A DNA stretch of 64,000 nucleotides from positions 80,201 through 144,200 of the forward strand of contig CAWJOG010000001.1 in the NCBI GenBank assembly GCA_963844435.1, in the 5' to 3' direction. Below are positions 29,010-39,166 of this stretch, one piece after another (position 1 is the stretch's first letter; every line of letters begins with the position of its first letter). The translations under genes were made by a program, and so were the position numbers. The notes beneath the pieces were generated by a model. The model was not told the origin of the DNA. It did no database searches and saw only the letters and a list, made by a program, of their open reading frames with translations. The stretch is from Vicinamibacterales bacterium (GTDB lineage: Bacteria; Acidobacteriota; Vicinamibacteria; Vicinamibacterales; Vicinamibacteraceae).

Positions 29010-29751
29010 CTACTCGAGGTGACGGCCGCCATCGACGCGGATGGTCTCGCCGGTGACGAACTCGGTCTCGCACAGGAACAGGACGGCGCGGGCGATCTCG
29101 CTCTCGCCGCCCCACCGTCCGAGCGGCGTGGCCCTGGCAACGTCCGCGATCTCTTCCGCCGTCATGTCCGGTGGTGCCACGATCGGGCCCGGGGCGATCG
29201 CGTTGACCAGGATGTGGTCGCGGGCGACCTCGAGCGCCAGCGCCTCGGTCAACGCCACGACGCCGGCCTTGGCCACGTAGTAGGACGTGAAGCCGGTGTA
29301 GTGCGGCCGGCCGCTGCGGGCCAGCCAGTCGGCGAAGTTGACGATGCGGCCGCCGCCCGCCTTGCGCATGTGCGGGATGGCCGCGTGCGCGCACAGGAAT
29401 GCCGAGCGCAGGTTGACGTCGAGATCGGCCGCCCAGTAGGCCGGCGTAATCGCCTCGAGCGGCGTCGAGCGGTAGATCGACGCCATGTTGATCAGGATGT
29501 CGACCTTCCCGAAGGTCTGCACGGCGTGGTCGACGATCGCGGCGCAGTCAGCCGGCTCGGCGACATCGGCCTGGACGATGGTGGCGCGTCGTCCGGCGGC
29601 TTCGACATCGGCGACCGTCGCCTCGGCCTCGGCCCTGGATCCGCGATAAGACAGCACGAGATCGACGCCTCGCTCCGCCAGCTCGCGCGCCACCACGCGG
29701 CCGATGCGCTTGCCTCCGGTGATGATCGCCACGGCGTCGGTCAGCAGCATG
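29010..29751 (-). CDS. SDR family short-chain dehydrogenase/reductase
   Basis: TGGKRIGRVVARELAERG (TGxxxGxG), NMAS, YxxxK (YYVAKAGVVALT), PGPI. Confidence 0.85.
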
Positions 29752-29760
29752 TCCACTATG

Positions 29761-31026
29761 ATGCGCGACGTGGCCGGAAGTTACGATGCGCGCCCGATCG
29801 TCGTCGTCGGAGCGGGCGCCGCCGGCCTCGCCGCGGCGATTCACGCCGGGGGGCACGGCGTCCCAGTCGTCGTGCTGGAGGCAACGGCTGACGGCGGCCG
29901 CAAGATCCTGATCAGCGGCGGCGGGCGCTGCAACGTCCTGCCGCAGGCGCTGGAGCCGGCCCGCTTCGTCAGCGAGGGCCCGGCGCACGTCGTCCGCCAC
30001 CTGCTCCGATCCTGGCCGCTGGCCGAGCAGCACCGCTTCTTCGAAGAGGACGTCGGCGTCCTGCTGACGCTCGAAGCGGAGTCACGGAAGTACTTCCCGA
30101 CGTCGAACCGCGCCCGCGACGTGCGCGACGGTCTGGTGGCGCTGGCCCGCCGCCGCGGCGTCACGTTCAGCATGGACGCCCGCGTCACCGGGCTCACGCC
30201 GGCCGCCGACGGCGGCTGGTCGGTGGCCCTCGATGGTGGCCACGCGGTCGAGGCGCGCGCGGTGGTGATGGCCACCGGCGGCTGCTCGGTGCCGCAGACC
30301 GGCAGCGACGGCGCCGGCCTGGGCCTGCTGCGCGCGCTGGGCCTGCGCGTGCACGCGCTGTACGCCGCGCTGACGCCGCTCACCGCGACGCCCGCCGTCC
30401 ACGCGGGGCTGTCCGGCGTGTCGCTGCCGGTCACGCTGCGCGTCGCCGGGACCAGCGCATCGGCGTCCGGCGGCTTCCTGTTCACGCACCGCGGCTACAG
30501 CGGCCCCGCGGTCCTGGACGTCTCCCATCACGCCGTCCGCGCCGCGGCCGCCGGCCGTCCGCAGCCGATCCTGGCGCAGTGGAGCGCGGCTGACGACGCG
30601 GCCTGGCATGCCACGCTGCAGGGCGGCGACGGCCTGGTCGTCTCGCGGCTGCGGGCGACGCTGCCGGAGCGGCTGGCGCAGCAGCTCGTCGTCGAAGCCG
30701 GGCTCGCCGTCGACCAGCGGATCCCCACGCTGCGGCGGGAACACCGCCTGGCGCTCGTCGAGCGGCTGTGCCGCTACCCGCTGCCGTGGACCGGCGACGA
30801 GGGCTACCGCAAGGCCGAGGTGACGGGCGGTGGCGTGGCGCTCGACGAAGTGGATCCCCGCACCATGGAGTGCCGCCGGCACCCCGGGCTCTTCCTGTGC
30901 GGCGAGCTGCTCGACGCCTTCGGCCCGATCGGCGGCCACAACTTCGCGTGGGCGTGGGCGACCGGCCGACTCGCCGGCCGCGGAACCCTGCAGTACGCAC
31001 AACGTATTCCGATCACGATGGCGTAG
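29761..31026 (+). CDS. HI0933/BaiN-like NAD(P)/FAD-dependent flavoprotein oxidoreductase
   Basis: IVVVGAGAAGLAAAIHA (FAD GxGxxG), GGGRCNV and ...LFLCGELLDAFGPIGGHNFAWAWATG are typical of the HI0933 family. Confidence 0.8.
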   Translation: MRDVAGSYDARPIVVVGAGAAGLAAAIHAGGHGVPVVVLEATADGGRKILISGGGRCNVLPQALEPARFVSEGPAHVVRHLLRSWPLAEQHRFFEEDVGVLLTLEAESRKYFPTSNRARDVRDGLVALARRRGVTFSMDARVTGLTPAADGGWSVALDGGHAVEARAVVMATGGCSVPQTGSDGAGLGLLRALGLRVHALYAALTPLTATPAVHAGLSGVSLPVTLRVAGTSASASGGFLFTHRGYSGPAVLDVSHHAVRAAAAGRPQPILAQWSAADDAAWHATLQGGDGLVVSRLRATLPERLAQQLVVEAGLAVDQRIPTLRREHRLALVERLCRYPLPWTGDEGYRKAEVTGGGVALDEVDPRTMECRRHPGLFLCGELLDAFGPIGGHNFAWAWATGRLAGRGTLQYAQRIPITMA

Positions 31027-31099
31027 TGAACGGTAGAATGCTGCGGTTGCATTCGCGCACCGGCGGTTCGGCACGACGGGCATCGAGGAGAGAGACGAC

Positions 31100-32170
31100 A
31101 TGGCTCTGATGGACTTTTTGAAGCGGCAGTTCATCGACATCATCGAGTGGACCGATGATTCGCGCGACACGCTCTCGTTCCGCTTCCCCGACGACGACAA
31201 GGAAATCAAGAACGGCGCGCAGCTGATCGTGCGCGAGTCGCAGGTCGTCCAGTTCGTCTACATCGGCGAGTTCGGCGACACGTTCGGTCCCGGCAAGCAC
31301 ACGCTGACGACCGACAACATCCCGATCCTCACCAATCTCAAGTCGTGGAAGTACGCCTTCGAGTCGCCGTTCAAGGCCGACGTCTACTACGTCACCACGC
31401 GGCTCTTCACCGGCAACAAGTGGGGCACCTCGAACCCGATCATGGTGCGCGATGCCGACTTCGGCATCGTCCGCGTGCGCGCGTTCGGGACCTTCGACTT
31501 CCGCATCTCCGACCCGAAGCTCTTCCTGAAGGAAGTGGCCGGCTCGGACCACAACTTCCGGCTCGACGAGTTCAACGACACGATGCGCTCGCGCCTCGTC
31601 AGCGTCTTCAGCGACGCGCTGGCAACGGCGAAGATCCCCGTGCTCGATCTGGCGACGCGCTACCAGGAGATCGGCGACGCGCTGCTGCCGCTGATCAACC
31701 CGCTCGTCAACGCCAAGTACGGCCTGACCATCGAGAGCTTCATCCTCGAGAACGCGTCGGTGCCGCCGGAGGTCGAGGCGGCCATCGACAAGCGCTCGAG
31801 CATGAGCGCGATCGGCAACCTGAACGACTACGTGAAATTCCAGATGGCGGAAGGCATGGCCAAGGGCGGCAGCTCCGGCGGCGCCGCCACCGAGCTCGCG
31901 GTCGGCATGGCCATCGCGCAGCAGATGATCAAGGACCAGGGCGGCTTCGTGCCCGGCGCGCGGCACGCCGGCGGCCCCGGGTGCGGCGGCGCCGCCGCCG
32001 GTCCCGCCCGGGATCCCCGAGCTGCTGACGCCGGCCGACGCGGCCAAGGCCCTCGGCGTCACCGAGGCCGACGTCATGGCCAGCATCGAAGCCGGCGACC
32101 TCAAGGCCAAGAAGATCGGCAGCGCCTTCCGGATCACCCGCGCCGCGCTCGATCAGTTCCTCGCCCACTA
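31100..32170 (+). CDS. SPFH (band-7-like) domain protein fused to a C-terminal excisionase/MerR-type helix-turn-helix; frameshift near 31960
   Basis: An N-terminal ~290 aa SPFH-like fold (MALMDFLKRQFIDIIEW...VRVRAFGTFDFRISDP...) and a Gly-rich linker. The C-terminal ...LLTPADAAKALGVTEADVMASIEAGDLKAKKIGSAFRITRAALDQFLAH* is in a shifted frame. Confidence 0.6.
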
Positions 32171-32225
32171 GCCCACCAGCACCGCCGTGAGGAGGGCTCC
32201 TCTGCGGAGCCCTCCGACCCCGCCG

Positions 32226-33307
32226 ATGTCCGACGTCGCTGCCCTCGACAAGCATTCCTGCCCCGCCTGCGGGGCGATGGCGAATTGGAACGCCGCGCAG
32301 CAGGCCCTGGTCTGCCCGTACTGCGGCGCCGTCTCGCCGGTGGAGCTCGCCGCCGATGGCAGCGTCATCAAGGAGCACGACCTCGTCGCCGCGCTGCGCG
32401 CGGTCCCGGACGAGAAGAAGGGCTGGGAAGCGGACCGCGTCTCGGTGCAGTGCCAGAGCTGCAAGGCGATCTCGTTGTTCGCGCCGGGCCGGGTCGCGCA
32501 GAACTGCGAGTTCTGCGGATCGCCGAAGATCATCCCGCAGAGCGCGGTGCGGTCGCCCATCGTGCCCGAGAGCGTGCTGCCCTTCGTCGTCGCCGAATCG
32601 AAGGTGCGCGAGGATCTTCGGAGGTGGTACGGCAGCCGCTGGTTCGCGCCGAACCGGCTGAAAGCCGCCGCGCTCACCGACAAGGTCCACGGCCTCTACA
32701 TCCCCTACTGGACGTTCGACGCGCAGGTCGCGGCGCGCTGGACGGCGGAGGCCGGCCACTACTACTACGTGACCGAGCGGCGCGGGAACAAGACCGAGCA
32801 GGTCCGCAAGGTGCGCTGGGAGCGGGCCGCCGGCGCGCTCGATCACTTCTTCGACGACGAGCTGGTGCCGGCGACGCAGGGCGTCCCGGCGCGATCTGCT
32901 GAGCAAGGTCGAGCCGTTCGCGACGCAGTCGCTGGTCCCGTACGACGCGGGCTACGTGTCCGGCTGGGTGGTCGAGCAGTACCAGATCGACCTCGTCGCC
33001 GCCGCTCAGAGCGCCCGCACGCGCATGGACGCGCACCGTCCGGCAGCTCTGCTCGGCGCAGGTGCCGGGCGACACGCAGCGCAACCTGCAGGTCGACGCC
33101 GACTACTCGCAGCAGACGTTCAAGCACGTCCTCGTGCCGCTGTGGATCGTCGCCTACAACTACGGCTCGCGCACCTTCCAGGTGCTGGTCAACGGCCAGA
33201 CCGGCCGCATCGCCGGCAAGCATCCCTACAGCTGGGTGAAGATCGCGCTCGCGATCCTCGCGGCGCTGATCGTGCTGATGATCATCGCCTACATCCAGGA
33301 CAAGTAG
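32226..33307 (+). CDS. double zinc-ribbon protein with C-terminal TM helix (unknown function), partner of the SPFH gene; frameshift near 32900-33060
   Basis: CPACGAMANWNAAQQALVCPYCGA and CQSCKAISLFAPGRVAQNCEFCGS (two CxxC...CxxC ribbons). C-terminal WVKIALAILAALIVLMIIAYIQDK. Confidence 0.5.
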
Positions 33308-33480
33308 CCCGCCGACAGTCAGCATCCCGCTTCGCGGAAGCCTGGTCAGAGCGTGCCGCGTGCGCGTATGCGCCGGCCAGGAGTCCGCGAAGCGGGACAA
33401 CGCGCAGCGCTACTGCCTTCGGTACAAACGAAGGGCCCGGCGGATCGCCGAGCCCTTGCGCGGACGCCGGAGGCGCTCGT

Positions 33481-33876
33481 CTACGCGCGCGGAATCTTCA
33501 GGATCTGGCCCGGGTGGATCACGTCGGGCGTCTTGAGGATGTCGCGGTTGGCGTCGAAGATCTTCTGGAACGCGCTGGCGTCACCATAGATGTAGCGGGC
33601 GATCTTGGACAGCGAGTCGCCGCCCTTCACCGTGTACTGGCCGTGCAGGTCGGTGTTGGCCACCTTGATGTCCGCGGTCAGCTCGTCTTCCCACCCTGCG
33701 TGGCGCTTGATCGCGTTCCACAGCTCGTCCTTCGCCAGCTGGTAGCTGGCCGTCCCGGTGAGCTGCAGCTTGCTGCCGCTCTCGACGATGTCGAAGTTGA
33801 TGATGCCGAGGTCGTTGGCGATCTTGGTCAGGTCCGCGTATTTCTTGCGAAGGGACGGCGCCGGCGTGGGGTTCAT
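33481..33876 (-). CDS. BON plus LysM domain protein (E. coli YgaU/Kbp-like)
   Basis: N-terminal BON-like segment. The C-terminal LysM (YTVKGGDSLSKIARYIYGDASAFQKIFDANRDILKTPDVIHPGQILKIP) is a canonical LysM. Confidence 0.75.
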   Translation of the reverse strand: MNPTPAPSLRKKYADLTKIANDLGIINFDIVESGSKLQLTGTASYQLAKDELWNAIKRHAGWEDELTADIKVANTDLHGQYTVKGGDSLSKIARYIYGDASAFQKIFDANRDILKTPDVIHPGQILKIPRA

Positions 33877-33891
33877 GGGCCTCCTCCAGGG

Positions 33892-34833
33892 TCAGACGGG
33901 TCGCGAGGTGGTGAGCCAGCGCGTGACGCGGGCCGAGACGTCGGCGAGATAGGCGGCATCGCCCGACGCGAGCTCCGTCGTCATGTAGCCGGCAAAACCG
34001 ATGTCGGCAAAGGCCTGGCGCACGGCCGGCCAGTCGATGTCACCCTCGCCCAGGTTCTTCCAGGCGAAGGTGCCCTTGCCGCGATCCATCGAGAAATCCT
34101 TGAGGTGCACGCGGACGATGCGTGGACCCAGCGTGCGAATCCAGTCCTGCGGGTATCCGTAGAGGACGACGTTGCCGACGTCGAAGTAGGCCTTGGCCCA
34201 GGGCGAATCGAGCTCGTCGACGTAGCGGGCCATCTCGAGCGGGCTGAGGAGGAACCGGTTCCAGACCTCCTCGATGCCGATGATCACCTTCAGCTCGGCG
34301 GCGAGCGGCAGGAGCCGCTCCTTGATCACGCGCTGCGATCGCTCCCAGGCGTCCTTGTAGGAGGTCTGCGGATCGACCACGGCGGGCACGAGGAGCACCA
34401 CGCCGGCGCCCCAGGTCTTCGCGTTGCGCAGCGAGGTCTCCATGCCGGCGACGCTCTTGGCGACGACAGCGGGATCCGCGCTCGAAATCGGTGAGCGCCA
34501 GTGCTCCATGTTCATCACGGAGTGGATGGCGATGCCGGTGGCGGCCGACGCCGCGCGCGCGGCTTCGACTTCGGCGGCATCGGTCAGCGTCTGCATCTCG
34601 ATCGCTTCGAAGCCGGCGGTCTTCGCGGCGGCGAAGCGATCCGCGAACGGGCCGGCCGGCAGCATCGAGATCAGCACCGCGCGCTTGGCCATCGCGGGGG
34701 CGGCGGGCGCGGAGCCTTGCGGGGCGGAACCTTGGGAGGTCTGGGCCGACGCAGACGCCACCGTCGCGGCGGCCAGTGGCAACGCCGCGGCGGACTCCAG
34801 GAAGCGCCGACGCGAGGGGGACTCGGGCAGCAT
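33892..34833 (-). CDS. sugar phosphate isomerase/epimerase (xylose isomerase-like TIM barrel) with Tat signal
   Basis: SRRRFLESAAALPLAAATVASASAQ Tat motif. The AP_endonuc_2 / TIM-barrel pattern (GFEAIEM...HLKD...) runs over ~300 aa. Confidence 0.75.
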   Translation of the reverse strand: MLPESPSRRRFLESAAALPLAAATVASASAQTSQGSAPQGSAPAAPAMAKRAVLISMLPAGPFADRFAAAKTAGFEAIEMQTLTDAAEVEAARAASAATGIAIHSVMNMEHWRSPISSADPAVVAKSVAGMETSLRNAKTWGAGVVLLVPAVVDPQTSYKDAWERSQRVIKERLLPLAAELKVIIGIEEVWNRFLLSPLEMARYVDELDSPWAKAYFDVGNVVLYGYPQDWIRTLGPRIVRVHLKDFSMDRGKGTFAWKNLGEGDIDWPAVRQAFADIGFAGYMTTELASGDAAYLADVSARVTRWLTTSRPV

Positions 34834-34956
34834 CGCGGACCGCAGGGTGATAAGACTGCGCTGGCCCGTTGCGGGTGTCAATACACGAAACCGTGACGCT
34901 TCATACGAATTTGTGATGGCACGTATCGAGGACGCTTCTGGCACGGGCGCGCGCGG

Positions 34957-35388
34957 TCACGCCCGGGCCTTCAGGATGTCGCGGATCTCGGCCAGCAACG
35001 CTTCTTCAGCCGACGGCACCGGGACGACCGCCGGCGCCACCGCTTCCTGCCGGCGCATCCGGTTCATCCCGCGCACGAGCAGGAAGATGGCCCAGGCCAC
35101 GATGAGGAAGTTGATGACGGCGTTGAGGAACATCCCGTAGTTCAGCGTCACCGCATGGGCGGCCTTGGCCGCCGCGAGGTCCTTGTAGGGCGGCGGCGTC
35201 GTCCCGGGGCTGAGCAGGATGAAGAACTCCTTGAAGTCCATGTTCCCGAGCAGCATGCCGACCGGCGGCATGATGATGTCGGCCACCAGCGAGCTGACGA
35301 TCCCGCCGAACGCGGCGCCGATGATCACGCCGACGGCGAGATCGACGACGTTGCCCTTGGCGGCGAACTCGCGGAATTCCTTGAACAC
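34957..35388 (-). CDS. mscL: large-conductance mechanosensitive channel
   Basis: [42 protein letters not shown]...[23 protein letters not shown] is a near-consensus MscL; intact 143 aa. Confidence 0.9.
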   Translation of the reverse strand: MFKEFREFAAKGNVVDLAVGVIIGAAFGGIVSSLVADIIMPPVGMLLGNMDFKEFFILLSPGTTPPPYKDLAAAKAAHAVTLNYGMFLNAVINFLIVAWAIFLLVRGMNRMRRQEAVAPAVVPVPSAEEALLAEIRDILKARA

Positions 35389-35518
35389 GTCTGCCCCCTT
35401 CCCGTGAAATCACGCCGTCGGGCCCGAGCGGCCGCCAGCGTCAGCACTTGTACACCAGCGAGGTCTCGGGTCGCGAGCGAGCCGCGAAAACGCATATACT
35501 CGCCGGCCAGCACGACGC

Positions 35519-36277
35519 ATGCAACGTGGGCGCGAGCCAGCACGACCGGCGTTTCCGTATCTGAGGGTCCTCGAGGCGCTCAGACAGGACGTGTTGGCGC
35601 TCGCGCCAGGGTCGGCGGCTCCGTCCGAGACCGAGCTCGCCGCGCGGCATGGCGTCAGCCGGATGACCGCGCGCAACGCGGTCCTCGTCCTCCGCCAGGA
35701 GGGCCTGCTCTACGTCGTCCGCGGCCGGGGCGTCTACGTCGCCACGCGCAAGCTCGATCTCCACGGCACGACGGCGCCGCTCGGCTTCACCGAGATGGCC
35801 CGCCAGCACGGGCTCACGCCGTCGTCACGGCTGCTCCGCTTCGACCGCGGCACGGCCGATTCCACCCTCGCCAGCCGCCTCGGTCTGGAGCCGGGCGACC
35901 CGGTGTTCTTCGTCGAGCGCCTGCGCTTCGCCGACGCCGCCCCGATGTGCCACGAGCTGACGGCGGTACCGGTGGCGGTGTGCCCGACGCTGTTCCGGCG
36001 CAACCTGGCGGCCGATTCTCTGTATCGCATCCTCGTCCACGACCACGGGCACGCCCTCAGCGGCTACTCGGAGGAGGTCGAGGCCGGGGCTGCGGGACGG
36101 ACCATGGCGCGGCTGTTCCGGATCGCCGCCGCGGACCCGGTGCTGATCGCCCGCCGGGTCGTCTACGCCAAGCAGGGCAAGCCGGTGGAGTGGACGCTCG
36201 GCACGTATCGGGCCGATCGGTATCGCGCCACCTACCGCACCGGTGCGGCGCCGCCGCCCGGAACCGATCCGACGTAA
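35519..36277 (+). CDS. GntR family transcriptional regulator (HutC subfamily, winged HTH plus UTRA effector domain)
   Basis: N-terminal PSETELAARHGVSRMTARNAVLVLRQEGLL (GntR wHTH). C-terminal UTRA-like domain. Intact. Confidence 0.85.
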   Translation: MQRGREPARPAFPYLRVLEALRQDVLALAPGSAAPSETELAARHGVSRMTARNAVLVLRQEGLLYVVRGRGVYVATRKLDLHGTTAPLGFTEMARQHGLTPSSRLLRFDRGTADSTLASRLGLEPGDPVFFVERLRFADAAPMCHELTAVPVAVCPTLFRRNLAADSLYRILVHDHGHALSGYSEEVEAGAAGRTMARLFRIAAADPVLIARRVVYAKQGKPVEWTLGTYRADRYRATYRTGAAPPPGTDPT

Positions 36278-36286
36278 CACGCTGCG

Positions 36287-37429
36287 ATGATGAACGCCGA
36301 CCAATCGCCCCTCGAGTTCGAGACCGTCGCCAAGCTGGACGCCCACCTGCGGGAGAGCCGGCCGCTCACGGCGTGCGTCTTCCAGGGGCTCGACCTGCGG
36401 CTGCACACCGCGGCACTGACCGCCGGCCGCCTCACGGGGTCGGCGTTCCTCGGCTGCCAGCTCGAGCCGGGGGCCGTCGCGCATGCCCTGGGGGACAAGG
36501 CGCTGGTGGTGCCGAAGCCCGAAGGCATCCCGTTCGATCCGTTCCGCGGCAGCCTCTACTCGGTCGAGCAGGATCTCTACGCCGGCTACGTCATCGGCCA
36601 GCCCGGCGGCTATGCCGCGACCCGCGACGCCCGGATCTACGCGCATTTCTGCGCCACCGGCCGATCCCACCCGCCGAACATCCTGGAGTCGCTCTACCGC
36701 CGGCTGCACGACCACGGCATGTCGGACGCGCTCGAGGAGGTGCTCTCCGGGCACCGCGTGGTGGCGATCATGGGCGGCCACAGCCTGGCACGCGATGCCG
36801 AGGAGTACCGCGCCGTCGCGCTGCTGGGACGCGCGCTGGCGCGCGCGAACTTCGTGGTGGTGACCGGCGGCGGGCCCGGGGCCATGGAGGCCGCGCATCT
36901 CGGCGCGTGGCATGCCGTCCGGCGCGACGAGGATCTCGACACGGCGATTGCGATCCTGGGGCACGCGCCGCTGTACTCGCCCATCGAGCCCTGGCTCGAC
37001 ACGGGGCTCGAGGTCCGGCGCCGCTTCGACGGCGGCCGCCCGGCGCTGAGCATCGGCATCCCGACGTGGCACTACGGGCACGAGCCGTCGAACGTGTTCC
37101 CGACGGCGATCGCCAAGTACTTCGCCAACAGCGAACGCGAGGACGGGCTGCTCACGATCGCCACGCACGGCGTCGTGTTCGCGCCGGGCAGCGCCGGCAC
37201 GATCCAGGAAGTGTTCCAGGACGCGGCGCAGAACCACTACCGCACCACCGGCTTCGCCAGCCCGATGATCTTCCTGGGCGCGCGCTATTGGCAGCACACC
37301 AAGCCGGTGTATCCGCTGGTGCAGCAGCTTGCCGCCGGCGAGACCTATCGCGACCTGCTGTACATCACCGACAGCGTCAGCGAAGTGGTCGAGCGCATCA
37401 AGGCGTTCAAGCCCGCGGTCCCGCTGTAG
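36287..37429 (+). CDS. LOG family protein, long form (TIGR00730 Rossmann-fold nucleotide-binding; PpnN-like nucleotide 5'-monophosphate nucleosidase)
   Basis: Core LOG motifs VVTGGGPGAMEA and ...GSAGTIQEV..., plus long N/C-terminal extensions as in PpnN/YgdH. Confidence 0.75.
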   Translation: MMNADQSPLEFETVAKLDAHLRESRPLTACVFQGLDLRLHTAALTAGRLTGSAFLGCQLEPGAVAHALGDKALVVPKPEGIPFDPFRGSLYSVEQDLYAGYVIGQPGGYAATRDARIYAHFCATGRSHPPNILESLYRRLHDHGMSDALEEVLSGHRVVAIMGGHSLARDAEEYRAVALLGRALARANFVVVTGGGPGAMEAAHLGAWHAVRRDEDLDTAIAILGHAPLYSPIEPWLDTGLEVRRRFDGGRPALSIGIPTWHYGHEPSNVFPTAIAKYFANSEREDGLLTIATHGVVFAPGSAGTIQEVFQDAAQNHYRTTGFASPMIFLGARYWQHTKPVYPLVQQLAAGETYRDLLYITDSVSEVVERIKAFKPAVPL

Positions 37430-37456
37430 CCCCGCGCGCGGTCGCCGCCCGTGGCG

Positions 37457-39111
37457 CTACGGCTCGGTCGTGAGCTGGGCGGGCAGCTGGCGATCCACCG
37501 CCGGCCGCGTCGGCAGCTCGGCGAGCGCATGGGCGGTCGAATAGATCGTCCGCGTGACGCGCTCCATCTTGCTGAAATCGATGGCGCCGACCTCGTCCGA
37601 GGCGCGGTGGTAGTCCTGGTGAACGCCGTCGAAGTAGAAGATGATCGGGATGCCCTTCTTCGCGTAGTTGTAGTGGTCGCTGCGGAAGAAGAAGCGGCTG
37701 GGATCGCTGGGATTGTCGTACTTGTAGTTGAACGACAGATCCAGATAGTCCTTGTTGACCCGCTCGCTGAGCGCGCCGAGCGTGCTGCTCATCATCTTCG
37801 AGCCGATCACATAGATCTCGCTGGGACCGGTCAGGCTGTTGTTCGCGCCGACCTTGTCGTCGGGCTTCTTGCTGCGCCCGATCATGTCGACGTTGAGCTG
37901 CACGATGATCTTGTCGAGCGGCACGGTCGGGTTTTCGACGAAGTAGCGCGAGCCCCACAGGCCCTTCTCCTCGCCGGCGTGCCACACGAACAGCCACGAC
38001 CGGCGCGTCTTCACGTTGCCGCGGACCAGCGCCTCGGCCATGTTCAGCAGCGCGACGGTGCCCGAGCCGTCGTCGTCGGCGCCGTTGTTGATGCGATCCG
38101 TCCCTGACGACGACAGGCCGATGTGATCGTAGTGGGCGCCAAGCGCGACGTATTCCTGCTTGAGCGTGGGATCGGTGCCTTCGTAGATCGCGACGACGTT
38201 CTGCGTCTTCAGGGCTTCGACGCGGGCGCCGAGATCGAGACGCAGGCGCTTCTTCTCGTCGAGCGCGACCACCGCGTGCGGCTTGTGCTCCTGCGACCAC
38301 TTGGCGACGTCGCTGGCGCTGATCGACTCGCCACTGAAGATCGCGGACACGAGCGGCATCGACGCGGTCACCACCGGCACCGGCGCCGGGCGCCCGGCCT
38401 GGAACGCGTCGACGGTCAGCGACCCGCGCGACGTGACGGCGCTCTCGCGGCTGGTGCGCCAGCCGGCCAGGGTCGCGTAGTCGGGCACGAGCACGACGCC
38501 GAGGGCGCCGTGGCGGGCCGCATAGCTCGCCGGGCTCTCCCACGTGTCGGGCCCGGACTCGCCGCGCAGATCGGCGCGGGTGACGCCTTCCGGATACCCG
38601 GAGTGGGCGACGACGATCTTCCCCTTCACGTCGGCGCCGGCGTAGGCGTCGACGTTCTTCTTGTTCACGACGTAGCCGTGGCCGACGTAGACCATCGCGC
38701 CCTCGGCAGTGCCGGGCGCGCTGGCGAGAAAGTCGTCGCCGTAGCTGAACGTGCGCTCGCCAAGCGTCAGGGTCGCCTTGGCTGGATCGACCGTGCGCCG
38801 CGTCGTGCCGAAGCGCTGGAAGTAACCGCCGTCGTCGCCGCCGGGCTTCACGCCGAGCGCCTGCAGCCGCGAGGCCAGGTAGCGGGCCGCGAGATCGAGG
38901 CCGCGCGACGGCGTATCCCGGCCTTCGAGCTCGTCCGAGGCGATGAAGGACAGGTCGGCGCGCAGCCGGCCGATATCGACCTGATCGGCGCCGCGCGGGC
39001 CCGAGGCGCCCTTGCGGGCGGCTGACAGGAGACCGCTGGACGAGACGGCGAGCGCCGACGTCAGGGTTACGGCGACGACGGCGGGGGCGAGCGACCGGAA
39101 GCGGCTGGACA
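37457..39111 (-). CDS. secreted M28 family zinc aminopeptidase with PA (protease-associated) domain
   Basis: Signal peptide MSSRFRSLAPAVVAVTLTSALAVSS. M28 metal-ligand blocks (HYDHIG...NGADDDGSG...EEKGLWGS...). PA insert. Confidence 0.8.
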
Positions 39112-39166
39112 TAGGACCCTCCAGTTTCGCACAGCCGGTGGCGGGCTGGCGTAGACTACCCGCCCT

